The notes beneath the pieces are model-generated. The model ran no database searches. It had not been told where the DNA came from and saw only the letters and a list, made by a program, of their open reading frames with translations. DNA of 59,709 nucleotides, counting the filler, from Globobulimina sp. (lineage: Eukaryota), in assembly GCA_003354225.1 (NCBI GenBank). It is 11 parts of 11 records of this genome, joined end to end, with 100 filler letters (N's around TTAATTAATTAA, not from the genome) between each part and the next. Parts side by side here need not be neighbours in the genome. Positions count along the whole stretch, not along the records: positions 48,950 to 54,280 come from PIVH01000627.1; positions 54,381 to 59,709 come from PIVH01000628.1; 9 more parts are not named here. The stretch is one strand, 5' to 3'. Made by a program: the position numbers and the translations under genes. Positions 50,870 through 59,709 of this stretch are shown here, in pieces (the stretch's first letter is position 1; the number at the start of each line of letters is the position of its first letter).

Positions 50870-52374
50870 ATGGCTACGGTTGTCGGGAATTTCGCTGCTA
50901 AACCAGCGGTGGATGATAATGTAAAGAACTTCTTCTTTGATCGAATAACAACAAGCAGCATTTTGCCCAGGACTAATACTGATCCCATCACATTCATTGT
51001 ACCCAGTATAGATGGTAAGTTGTGGACAGTCAGTAAAGTTGTGCAAGCGAAATAATTTACTCATTGATTTAGGAATGGCGATCGATCTAAATCAGATTTA
51101 TATGACGGTCAGATTTAGAATAAGGAAAAGAAATGCCGAGGGAGTGTACGAAAACATTGGTGATGAAAATACAGCCCCATACAATGTCTTCTTGTACAGT
51201 CTCTTCTCAGAATTGGAGATCGAGCTCAACAACGAACTGGTAAGTAAATCAACCAAACTTTTACAATAAAATTGATGATTTTCATTCCAGGTTGACAGTA
51301 CAAAGTTCAACTATCAGCTGCAAACATACTTGAAGGTTCTACTCAACTCTACCGAATCGGCGAGAAACACCATTCTACAATCGGCATTATTTTATAAAGA
51401 CAAAGCGGGGGCGTTCGCGTTGGTCAGTAGAGCTAATGCAAATTTGAGCTGGGGTAACTACAAAAGAGCCACTGCCATAATGAATTCGCGAACAGTCGAG
51501 CTAAGGGGACGCGTTTTGTCGGACGTATTCGATACTTCCAAACCGTTGATCGATGGTGTAAGCTTGCTCTTACGATTTTATCCTGAAAGTTACGACAAAT
51601 GTTTGATCACAACGATGCCACCACCACCCGCTCTACCAGCGCAGCCTCCGCCACCACCAGTTTATCAAGTTGAAATCATATCTGCCGAGCTGAGCGTGGG
51701 GCGCATTCAGCCAAAACAAGTTAACATACCAATGGCTGTCTATCCTTACACCAAAATGAAAACCCAGCGACACATATTCCCGAGAGGACTCACCGAATTT
51801 GGACCAGTGACCATTGCATCGGGTATCTTACCAGAACGTGCCTGGGTTGTTATGATTACCGAACAGGCATTCACAGGCAGTGTGATCGATCACCGGCTAA
51901 ATTTTCGGGTAAGTTTACAGTAGATGATAAATGTTGTAATCTAATACTTTACTTTTGCAGAATTTTGGTCTCAGTCATATCGCGGTCACCGTAAACTCGG
52001 AGATGAAACCTTTCAAACAAGGCTACAATCCAGACTTCGCCCATAACCTGTATGGTGAAGCGTACAATGCTTTGGTGCATGAGGCAGCTAAAACGCTTGG
52101 TACTGTGGACATCCCCATAAGTTATGGTGACTATGATTCAGGTTACACCATCTTCGTCTGGGATCTCAGTCAGAATCACAGCATCAAGAAGGAAGATCAA
52201 TGGTCGCCGGCGACAGTAGGTGGATTGGCCACATTGAAAGCAACATTCAGTGCTGCGCTGCCCGAAAACATATGCATCTACGTTGTCCTAGAGTACCCTC
52301 AAACATATACAGTAAGACGTGATCGTACAATTGCGATCGAGGAAGCTCCGCAAAAGAAGAAAAAGACCCAGTGA
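50870..52374 (+). CDS. Polinton-type major capsid (double jelly-roll) protein, 4 exons, 447 aa after splicing
   Basis: Introns 51015-51072, 51240-51290 and 51909-51960 (all GTAAGT..AG) give a 1344-nt CDS with PITF, IDL..IY, N.FLYSLF, Y..Y...LL, FYKD, KR, D.F...K.L..GV, G.LP, AF.G....LNF, Y..GYTIFVWDLS and F...L..N motifs. Confidence 0.9.
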
Positions 52375-52415
52375 TATATTATTGAGTGTCAGTGTGTTTG
52401 ATGAAACATAAAATG

Positions 52416-52840
52416 TTACAAAGTGGCATTACATTTCTGTTCTAATATACCCCACGAAAAGTGCCGACCCTTTTCAAAAAAACCCCTATCAGATGTTTGG
52501 ACCAAGCGATGACCGTCCCATTGATGTAGTTGGTGAGCCGGCCGACTTCTGGGAGCCCCCCAATGGGTCTGGGTTGTCATGATAACTAAAGCAACAAAAT
52601 GGTTAAAATACTTTGGTCTCAGAGACAAAACCGCTCAAACAACATGTATGGGGAACCATACATCCCCAAAGTGGTGGAAAATCTTTAGTACCGTCGATGT
52701 CCCCATATGGAGACTACGACTCGGGGTACACTTTCAAAAAATCTCAGCATCAAGAAGATGATCCCCAGCAATGGTTGGCAACTCATTCGAGGCGGTCCCC
52801 ACTCAAAACATCTATTTATCTCGAAAAGTTGTTATGGTAG
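52416..52840. pseudogene. Heavily deleted relics of a second major capsid gene (+) and of the 52863-53363 gene (-)
   Basis: Plus-strand pieces LSDV, WVVMIT, FGL, TVDVPI, YGDYDSGYT and SIKK occur in MCP order; minus-strand GILEQKCN at ~52428-52452. Confidence 0.8.
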
Positions 52841-52862
52841 CAGTTACAAAAAATGTTTTTAT

Positions 52863-53363
52863 TCAGTAACAAAGCCAATGATACATCGTATATATCGCAT
52901 ATGCAGATACATTACACTTTTGCTCGAGAATACCATATCGCAAAACACCGTTGTAGAAATTCAGATTCACATAAGGAATCAGTTCCAAATGATATCCTTT
53001 TCTCTGTTCCAAGGGTTCCATCGTTTCAAAAGCTCTTTTAAGAAAGTATGCCACTCGTCTAATCGCATCTTTGGACCATGCCACAGCCGTTCTGTTACAA
53101 TAAATGGTCAGACGTTCGTTCTTCTCTTTGTCATAGCAGAAAGTCAGCAAGCTCCGCTCTGTCATCTTCATCATGGAAAAAAGACAGTTATCATCGGCCC
53201 ACACCTTTTTTGTTGTAGTCGTTAATGTAGTAGTTTCCGACTTTGTAACCGGTGCAACATGGGAGGGTTCCAGCAATAGGATGCAAATAAAAATTAGTGC
53301 TAAACCAGCCACCCCGGCACACAAAGATAGAAAATTCTTTTTGTCAAGTATCTTATTAGCCAT
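52863..53363 (-). CDS. Small membrane-anchored protein of the element (N-terminal TM, Thr-rich stalk, Cys-containing domain)
   Basis: 166-aa ORF, FLSLCAGVAGLALIFICILLL then TTTLTTTT; the paralogous relic conserves GILEQKCN through synonymous changes, which supports coding status. Confidence 0.7.
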   Translation of the reverse strand: MANKILDKKNFLSLCAGVAGLALIFICILLLEPSHVAPVTKSETTTLTTTTKKVWADDNCLFSMMKMTERSLLTFCYDKEKNERLTIYCNRTAVAWSKDAIRRVAYFLKRAFETMEPLEQRKGYHLELIPYVNLNFYNGVLRYGILEQKCNVSAYAIYTMYHWLCY

Positions 53364-53441
53364 ATTGAGTTATAAACGGTTATTCAGGGCCTTCGTACTT
53401 AAACAAAAATAGAGATGAACATATGATGAACTGCGTACAAT

Positions 53442-53499
53442 GTGATTGGTCGAGGATGAATTACATCACTTGTCACGTGATCTGCATCCCTATAAAAGA
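53442..53499 (+). promoter_or_regulatory. Pol II promoter: inverted CCAAT, E-box and TATA box
   Basis: GTGATTGG (53442-53449), GTCACGTGA (53472-53480) and CTATAAAAG (53490-53498), 37 nt before ATG 53535. Confidence 0.65.
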
Positions 53500-53534
53500 A
53501 GAGGTTCATCATCTCTCATCTCATTGTTGTCGGT

Positions 53535-54056
53535 ATGAAACCTAGGGCGAAGAAGGTTTGCGAAGTGTGTGATAAAACGTTTTCTAGTGCAAACATTGGT
53601 CGCCATAAGCGAGGGATGCACTCTTACTGTATCGACTGTCAGCAGTTGGTATCGAGAAAGAGACACAATTGTTTCAAAAGTGACGGATCAGGCCCCAATT
53701 TTGCCCCTAACCCCCCAAACGACAAAGATCAATTTCTGTTGGTTCACGTTCCGGTGCTCATTCGAAAACAACTATACAAGAAACTCGACGCGGACGGCTC
53801 CATTTGGCCACTGTACAACTTTGAAGAAAAAGAAGATCCCATTGCTGTTAAAGTTAAGACAGTCTTAAAACAAAACTGTCTCACTTGCGTGGTTTCTGAA
53901 TATCTGGATGTACCCAAAGATAGACACAGTTGTACAAATCCAAACCGTCAAGAATTTGTCAGTGCTCTAAACCAGTGTACGGACAGTGTGATAAACAATG
54001 TCTACCAAACGATGTTCGGAGGAACTGGAGGACCGCCTGACCAACTTGTACTATGA
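53535..54056 (+). CDS. C2H2/C2HC zinc-finger protein of the element
   Basis: CEVCDKTFSSANIGRHKRGMH, CIDC..RHNC and CLTC..RHSC. Confidence 0.8.
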   Translation: MKPRAKKVCEVCDKTFSSANIGRHKRGMHSYCIDCQQLVSRKRHNCFKSDGSGPNFAPNPPNDKDQFLLVHVPVLIRKQLYKKLDADGSIWPLYNFEEKEDPIAVKVKTVLKQNCLTCVVSEYLDVPKDRHSCTNPNRQEFVSALNQCTDSVINNVYQTMFGGTGGPPDQLVL

Positions 54057-54140
54057 CCCTACATCTCCGGTCGGCTATTCGGGAAATCGTGAGGTGGAGG
54101 GAAAACACATATCATGATTTATCAATGATAAGGACCTTAC
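54012..54140 (+). pseudogene. Remnant of a Polinton-type retroviral-like integrase
   Basis: SEELEDRLTNLYYDPTSPVGYSG matches the L..YYDP..P..(F/Y)SG start of these integrases; it is one base out of frame with ATG 54012, stops at a TGA about 10 codons later, and no DDE core follows. Confidence 0.65.
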
Positions 54141-54380
54141 TTGGTTCAATACACTCTGGAGCAAACTTTCCAAAGGAGGCCGACACTTTGAAGGGTATAT
54201 GAAGCATGAGACCAAATTAGGGCAAGATTTATGGACCATGGCCACCTATACGTGTGTACGCCGAGACGATGGCACTGTTCNNNNNNNNNNNNNNNNNNNN
54301 NNNNNNNNNNNNNNNNNNNNNNNNTTAATTAATTAANNNNNNNNNNNNNNNNNNNNNNNNNNNNNNNNNNNNNNNNNNNN

Positions 54381-54734
54381 GTATGGAAAATGATGATTTT
54401 GAGACTGAGAAAACTAGCAAAGTACCAATGAAACTTCATGTTTAGTTATTGGTAATATAAATGTTGAGAAATTTCTGTTTTTTACTGGTTGAATGTGAAT
54501 ACATAGAAACAATGGAATTTGTTTTTCCGCGGAGATGACTCGCAAGCATTGTATAACGAGGCTGAACCTTGGAATGTTATGGCTCTCATAAATAAGAGAT
54601 ATTCATATGGCAAATCATTGAGATATTCGGATAGGTTTTATAGAAATTGGGCCATTCAAGTCGCTAAACAGGAGGATGAAAAATTTCAACAGGGCAGAAT
54701 TGAGCATGCGCGGAAAAATAGTGGTTGGCTATAA
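54381..54734 (+). CDS. 3' end of an unknown gene
   Basis: Terminal ORF 54519-54734 preceded by an intron-like AT tract at the contig start. Confidence 0.4.
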
Positions 54735-54969
54735 ATGACACTTTGTAACATGTTCGACGTGTTTTCATATTAACGTATATCTCCGACACATCTTTTGTTT
54801 CCGATAGAGTTTTGCTGACTAGCTCACTTCGCAAACTATAAACACTGGACCATGGCAAACAACCATGCTTGGAATGCATATATCGATAACTTCAGCTAAT
54901 ATTGTCTGCCCTTAACAACCAGCAACATATCACTTATAAACCCATATCCTATATACGTAAACACAACAG

Positions 54970-55881
54970 ATACCGAACCAAAAGACGCATCACAATTACA
55001 AGCTTATGTGAAAAAAAATGCAAATTTGGCAAACCTAAGTTTCAAAGATGCCAACGCATTGTACAAAGCCAACAAAGGCAAAGGCAAAGTAGGTGGCGGC
55101 GATGCTGGTGGCGGTGCGTCGGAATCGAAAGAAGCAGAACCAAGCGGAGCCTCAAACCCCTTATTTGCGCAACTCAATCAAGGCGGAAATATCACCAAAG
55201 GATTAAAAAAAGTCACCCGCGATATGACCAACAAAGACAAAAAAATGTATGTTAATATAACCAGACATGCCATATGCGGATAACTCGCAAAATCGCATAT
55301 ATAGTTCAGGCAAAATAGCGGATTCAAATAAACCAAAATCATCCGGTCCGCCCAAGAAAAAAGCCGCAGCAAATAAACCAAAAAAGGTGAAACCTCCAGC
55401 AATCAGAAAACAAGGTTTTCGAATTTGGGTCGAGAATTTTGTGGAAGGCGTGGAAGAAATCAAGGAAGCCGGACTTAAAAATGAAGTGTATATTGTTAAT
55501 TGTAGGGATGCTGGTTTTTCGTTGCCGAACAAATGCAAGGCAGTGATTGTGGATTCTTGCTCGAAAATCCAAGTGGAGATAGACTCGGTGCTAACGAGCG
55601 TTGATTTGATTAATACCAAATCCTGTACGTTATATTTAAAAAGCAATGTGCCGACACTCAATGTTGATAAAAGTGCGAGTCCGCGGATTGTTTTGTTTCA
55701 AGCGTTGTTGGATAACAATCCGCAGATTGTTACCTCTATGACCTCGGATATGAATATCTCTGTGCCAGGGATCGATGAGGATGCTGATTTTAAGGATGTT
55801 CCGGTGCCATATCAATTTATAACCACTGTGGATCCGGAAACCAAGGAGGTTAGAACCGTTCCAATGCAACATACTGGATGA
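54970..55881 (+). CDS. CAP: Cyclase-associated protein (CAP/Srv2)-like: WH2 + CARP domain (start uncertain)
   Basis: WH2 LFAQLNQGGNITKGLKKVT; intron 55247-55304; CARP WVENF..VYIVNC..VDSC..VPTLNVDKS..IVTSMTSDMNI..PVPYQF..H.G. Confidence 0.9.
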
Positions 55882-55998
55882 CATATTATGTAACTTTTGT
55901 GTAATATTATATACTAAGCTTTTAATATAAAATAATTTAACAGTTCAAGCTCGACGTATATACAAAGGGTTTTTTTTGAAAAATAAAAGTTGAAAATC

Positions 55999-56916
55999 AT
56001 GGATCCTTATTCCAAGGTTTTGTCGTATGCAATGAAAGAAAAGTCATTGACAAAGGTGTATCACAAAAGACAGGTCCCGAAAACAGCAGACACGGATAGA
56101 AATAATGTGTTTGTGATGGTAGTCGGATTTGACCGGACCGGCACCACATCCATTCAAGCTGCTTTAGCCCAATTAGGGTTTAGATGTTATTCATTTAATG
56201 ATGCATATGGCAATGAGGAAGATAAAGATATATGGATTCATTTATTACAAGAAAAATTGAATAAGTTTACAGACACTCCATCAACATCGACATTGGCATC
56301 ATACAATGATTGGGATATTAAGACAATGGTTAAATATGATTGGGATAACCTATTTGTTAAAGAATATAATGGCTGTTGTGGTGGACCGTCAATTGCATTC
56401 TTTTTGGAGATAAAAGCTCATTTTCATGGCAGATTTAAGGTAATATTACCAATCAGAGATAATGGCGAAGCTTGGTACAAATCAATGATGAATACATGGT
56501 ATAGATATTTGAAGTTATTATCTTCGTTTATATTTAGGATCAGTTGCAAATATAATAGAAATTACAAATTCATTCGATTGATATATTTGGTGATGTTTAA
56601 AATAGATATTGATAGATATAAAAAGCGCGAAAAATATATGAAACTGAGGTATGGCGAATGGAAAAGATTTGTGAAAGGCTCAGTGTTTCCTGAATCCAGA
56701 TTATTGATTTATAATTGCAGAGAAGGTTGGAAACCTTTATGTAAATTCTTGCACAAAAAAGTACCGAAAAATAAATTCCCGCATAGAGCAAAACAAGAGG
56801 ATTTTAAAAAATTGCTTGTCTCTGCTCAACATGCCCAAAAAATAGCGGTCAATATGTTTATTGTGATAGGAATTATGATTGCGTTTTTCATTCGATATTT
56901 TTTTATTTCAAAATGA
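55999..56916 (+). CDS. P-loop sulfotransferase-like protein (Sulfotransfer_4 type) with C-terminal TM
   Basis: VGFDRTGTTSIQAALAQLG, RD..EAWYKSM and RLLIYN..EGWKPLCKFL...P...FPH. Confidence 0.88.
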   Translation: MDPYSKVLSYAMKEKSLTKVYHKRQVPKTADTDRNNVFVMVVGFDRTGTTSIQAALAQLGFRCYSFNDAYGNEEDKDIWIHLLQEKLNKFTDTPSTSTLASYNDWDIKTMVKYDWDNLFVKEYNGCCGGPSIAFFLEIKAHFHGRFKVILPIRDNGEAWYKSMMNTWYRYLKLLSSFIFRISCKYNRNYKFIRLIYLVMFKIDIDRYKKREKYMKLRYGEWKRFVKGSVFPESRLLIYNCREGWKPLCKFLHKKVPKNKFPHRAKQEDFKKLLVSAQHAQKIAVNMFIVIGIMIAFFIRYFFISK

Positions 56917-56970
56917 TTCTTTAGTAAAAAACTTTGAGTTGCTTTTGTATTTTGAAATCAATCACAAATA

Positions 56971-57441
56971 ATGGGCAATGGTACCGGTTGTTGTTCGGGT
57001 AAACAAATCAATTTTCACGAAAATATGCTCGCTCGAGAAGCAAAATTAAAACAAAAACAAGCAGTGGAAGAATGTACTGAAGCACCAGTGAAACAAAACA
57101 AAAAACAGGAAATACATGAAAATATAAGCAAACAATATGATGATAATAAGCATAACTTAGCAGTTGCTTCAACTCACAATATCGGATATTTAATGGATGC
57201 AGATGCAGCAACAAAAAATGATGGATCGGATGAAGACTATTCTTTGTCAGACTTAAGTGATGGATTTGGCGCCGATGGCGAAACAATACCATTGAAAGCA
57301 GAAAAAAAAGAGAAATCACATAAGTCCATTCTTCGATATAAAAGCAAAGCAAAGTGGGATGATTTGTCATTGGAACAGCATGAAACTGAAATGCAAGAAC
57401 AGATGCGAAGATTATCAGTGACTCTCAATCTCGGACAATAG
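56971..57441 (+). CDS. Hypothetical protein with N-myristoylation/palmitoylation-like start
   Basis: MGNGTGCCS N-terminus; charged, probably disordered, 156 aa. Confidence 0.65.
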   Translation: MGNGTGCCSGKQINFHENMLAREAKLKQKQAVEECTEAPVKQNKKQEIHENISKQYDDNKHNLAVASTHNIGYLMDADAATKNDGSDEDYSLSDLSDGFGADGETIPLKAEKKEKSHKSILRYKSKAKWDDLSLEQHETEMQEQMRRLSVTLNLGQ

Positions 57442-57665
57442 CAACATTTCTATGTATACAATGGATTGCGAATTGATTTATATACAGTATTATATGCTTA
57501 ATTTTACTTTTTTTGCATGCTCAAGACAAAGTTTAATATAACAAATACAGAACAAACCTCAGATAATTGAATAAAATGTATACAACTTATCGACCAGGGT
57601 TATCTTTTGAAATATATCGTTAAAGAGAAGTTTTTCTGTTCACTACACCTGCTAATACCGTTATA

Positions 57666-58389
57666 ATGGTCAAAATATTTCTGAGCAAATATTTGTTTGA
57701 GCTGCCTTGGGCAAGGTATTTTATCATACAATTTTGGGATTGATAACCAAAATTAGCAAGTCGTTTTTATATATACAAAAAGTGTAACAAATGCGTGGAT
57801 TCAAAAATATCCAAATCCTCATTCATTACAAGTAAATCGCGTAGATACAATTGATAGAAAATTTGATAAAAAAACAGGTTCTTTTATCATAAGAAGATTA
57901 ATTTCCGCCTCATTATCGCCTCCATTGTGGTTGGCAGCGATCGGATTTCCATCGCAATGCTATATTTTAGAGGAAGCAATCATTAATCCGTTCAAAAAAG
58001 AAATGATATTACGGTCCATAAATATCACTGGAAATCAACTATTGGAAATTGAGGAAATATGCACTTATTCGGGAGAAACTTTACAGAAACCAAATAACAA
58101 AAAAAAAGCGGTGACATTGTATCAGCAAAAAGCAATCGTTGAGTCACCTGTTCCTTTATTACACATTCCGATTGAAAGTTATTCGTTGGCAATACATGCT
58201 GGCCACGCTGCGAAAGGACTAACTGCAATGAAACAGATATGCACTCAGTATGATAGAGTTGGTGTCAATGGACTTCAGCAAATCCTGCAGTGGAGACTGG
58301 ATACAATACTATTATTGAATGAATTGGACAGTTTAAGAAATATCAACTTCAAAGATATGAACCTGGCAAACTCTATGTGGAGAACATAA
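57666..58389 (+). CDS. PRELI/MSF1 (Ups/Slmo) mitochondrial lipid-transfer protein
   Basis: Intron 57716-57782 gives FELPWASVTNAWIQKYPNPHS..V..VDTIDR...RRL...EEAIINP..K.M...S.N.T.....EEICTY. Confidence 0.92.
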
Positions 58390-58473
58390 ACGTATATTGT
58401 TCTTGTTGTTTTTTGTCTGTATTTAATTAATCACAATATTTGTCCTTGCACAATCATTATTTAGTTATTGGGT

Positions 58474-59010
58474 TTATTTGTGCAAATAACGCACTGTCCA
58501 CCAATATAGTCCACCATGCTTATCAGAGATTACATAGTTTCGTTGGATATCGACGATTTGACATTCTGGGTTTGCTTGTTGTTTCTGCAACCACTCATTC
58601 ATTTTTTTCACTGCACTGTCTCCCCAATCATTATGTGAATGAAATTCAATGACCTGTATATTTTTGGAAAACAAATGCTGTTCACTTTGTGTTTTTGTCT
58701 CACATTCATTCTCTTTTTGATTCGTCGCATTCAGTGTAATGACTCTCCCACCAATAAGTTTTGGAAGATTTTTATTTGATAATTGAATCAATAAACCATC
58801 TTGTCTTACAAAACCAATGATATTATTCGGTTCAATATTGAATAATTTGGACAAATATGTTTTATCAATCTTTTCTGTTAAACTGAGTTTGTATATTTTA
58901 TCTTTATGTACAAGGTTAAATTCATCACTTGCAAGGGGCGCCTTTATAATTAACCCATAATTAAAAGTTATACAAGTCACCAGTACTGAGAACCATACCA
59001 CAGAAGCCAT
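58474..59010 (-). CDS. Hypothetical secreted protein, tandem paralogue 1
   Basis: Signal peptide MASVVWFSVLVTC; strong identity to 59389-59709. Confidence 0.75.
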   Translation of the reverse strand: MASVVWFSVLVTCITFNYGLIIKAPLASDEFNLVHKDKIYKLSLTEKIDKTYLSKLFNIEPNNIIGFVRQDGLLIQLSNKNLPKLIGGRVITLNATNQKENECETKTQSEQHLFSKNIQVIEFHSHNDWGDSAVKKMNEWLQKQQANPECQIVDIQRNYVISDKHGGLYWWTVRYLHK

Positions 59011-59388
59011 TGGTTCGCAAAAAATAGATACCACCCCCTGGTCGATATTTTGTATACAAACCCAATGCAAAGTTTGTATCGATCGATATGTATACAAAGG
59101 GGTCGTCTGGTTATGAAACTTGTAAAATGGGTTACCAGAATGGCAACGAATATGAACATGTGGCTGATAATACATAGAACAAAGACAAACAAACTCAAAA
59201 GCATCACTCGCTATCATCAGGAACAATATTTAATAAAGAAGATTTTTTCCGATGTGTCCGTATTTAATCACTAATTCTTATGGTAAACATGATTTATATA
59301 ATAAAGATTGTTTCGATATATCTATTAAAGACAGTATGTGGATGGAAAAAAATGAACTGAATTGACTTTGCTTTCTGTCTAATATTAT

Positions 59389-59709
59389 TTATTTGGGCAA
59401 ATAACAATAACTCACTGTCCACCAAAATAATGAGCCACGCTTCTCAGAAATTACATATTTTCGTCGAATATGCACGATTTCACGTTCTGGCTTTGTTGGT
59501 TTCTGCAACCATTCATTCATTTGTTTGACTGCACTCTCTCCCCAATCATTATGCGAATGAAATTCAATGATCTGTATATTTTGGGTTTTTGCCTCACATT
59601 CATTCATTACATTCAGTTTGATGACTCTTCCGCCAATAAGTGATGCCAGATTGTCATTTGATAATTGAATCAATAAACCATCCATTTCAAATCCAATGAT
59701 ATCATTCGG
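59389..59709 (-). CDS. Hypothetical protein, tandem paralogue 2 (5' end off window)
   Basis: Shares DGLLIQLSN, LIGGRVI, EFHSHNDWG.SAVK.MNEWLQK and WWTV with paralogue 1. Confidence 0.75.
   Translation of the reverse strand, partial: PNDIIGFEMDGLLIQLSNDNLASLIGGRVIKLNVMNECEAKTQNIQIIEFHSHNDWGESAVKQMNEWLQKPTKPEREIVHIRRKYVISEKRGSLFWWTVSYCYLPK

Larger units (their letters stand above)
48950..54280. mobile_element. Maverick/Polinton (adintovirus-like) element fragment
   Basis: Minor capsid, major capsid and an integrase N-terminal remnant are clustered; composition and splice signals differ from the other contigs; ends and TIRs are not in the contig. Confidence 0.88.

Noticed and set aside
5349-54380. 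Regularly spaced TTAATTAATTAA motifs and apparent gene clusters across them
   Set aside because: These are assembly linkers between size-sorted contigs; synteny across them and ORFs running into N tracts are artefacts.
1-59709. tRNA, rRNA, CRISPR arrays or prokaryotic defence operons
   Set aside because: None recognised by eye; the content is eukaryotic and intron-containing. A tRNAscan/Infernal run would be needed to exclude small RNAs.

Overview
The window is not one locus. It is 11 contigs of 5.33-5.35 kb, sorted by decreasing length and joined by ten artificial 100-nt linkers (44 N + TTAATTAATTAA + 44 N), so genes on either side of a linker are not real neighbours. Ten contigs are AT-rich, gene-dense eukaryotic DNA with short (40-76 nt) spliceosomal introns that have weak splice signals; the gene content suggests a free-living protist, possibly a foraminiferan (inference only). 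They encode an arylsulfatase, a 7TM-RGS protein, a two-pore channel, a SAM-TRP channel, a polycystin/adhesion-GPCR-like receptor, SAM-coiled-coil-discoidin proteins, CAP-Gly, PX, C2, M14 peptidase, SLC25, cyclase-associated protein, PRELI and others, plus a decayed LINE. The outlier is contig 48950-54280, which is less AT-rich and uses canonical GTAAGT..YAG introns. It is a Maverick/Polinton (adintovirus-like) element carrying a Bcl-2 homologue, an intact minor capsid gene, an intact major capsid gene split by three introns, a relic of a duplicated capsid module, an adenovirus-MLP-like promoter and a crippled integrase start. All calls rest on motif recognition by eye; no searches were run.
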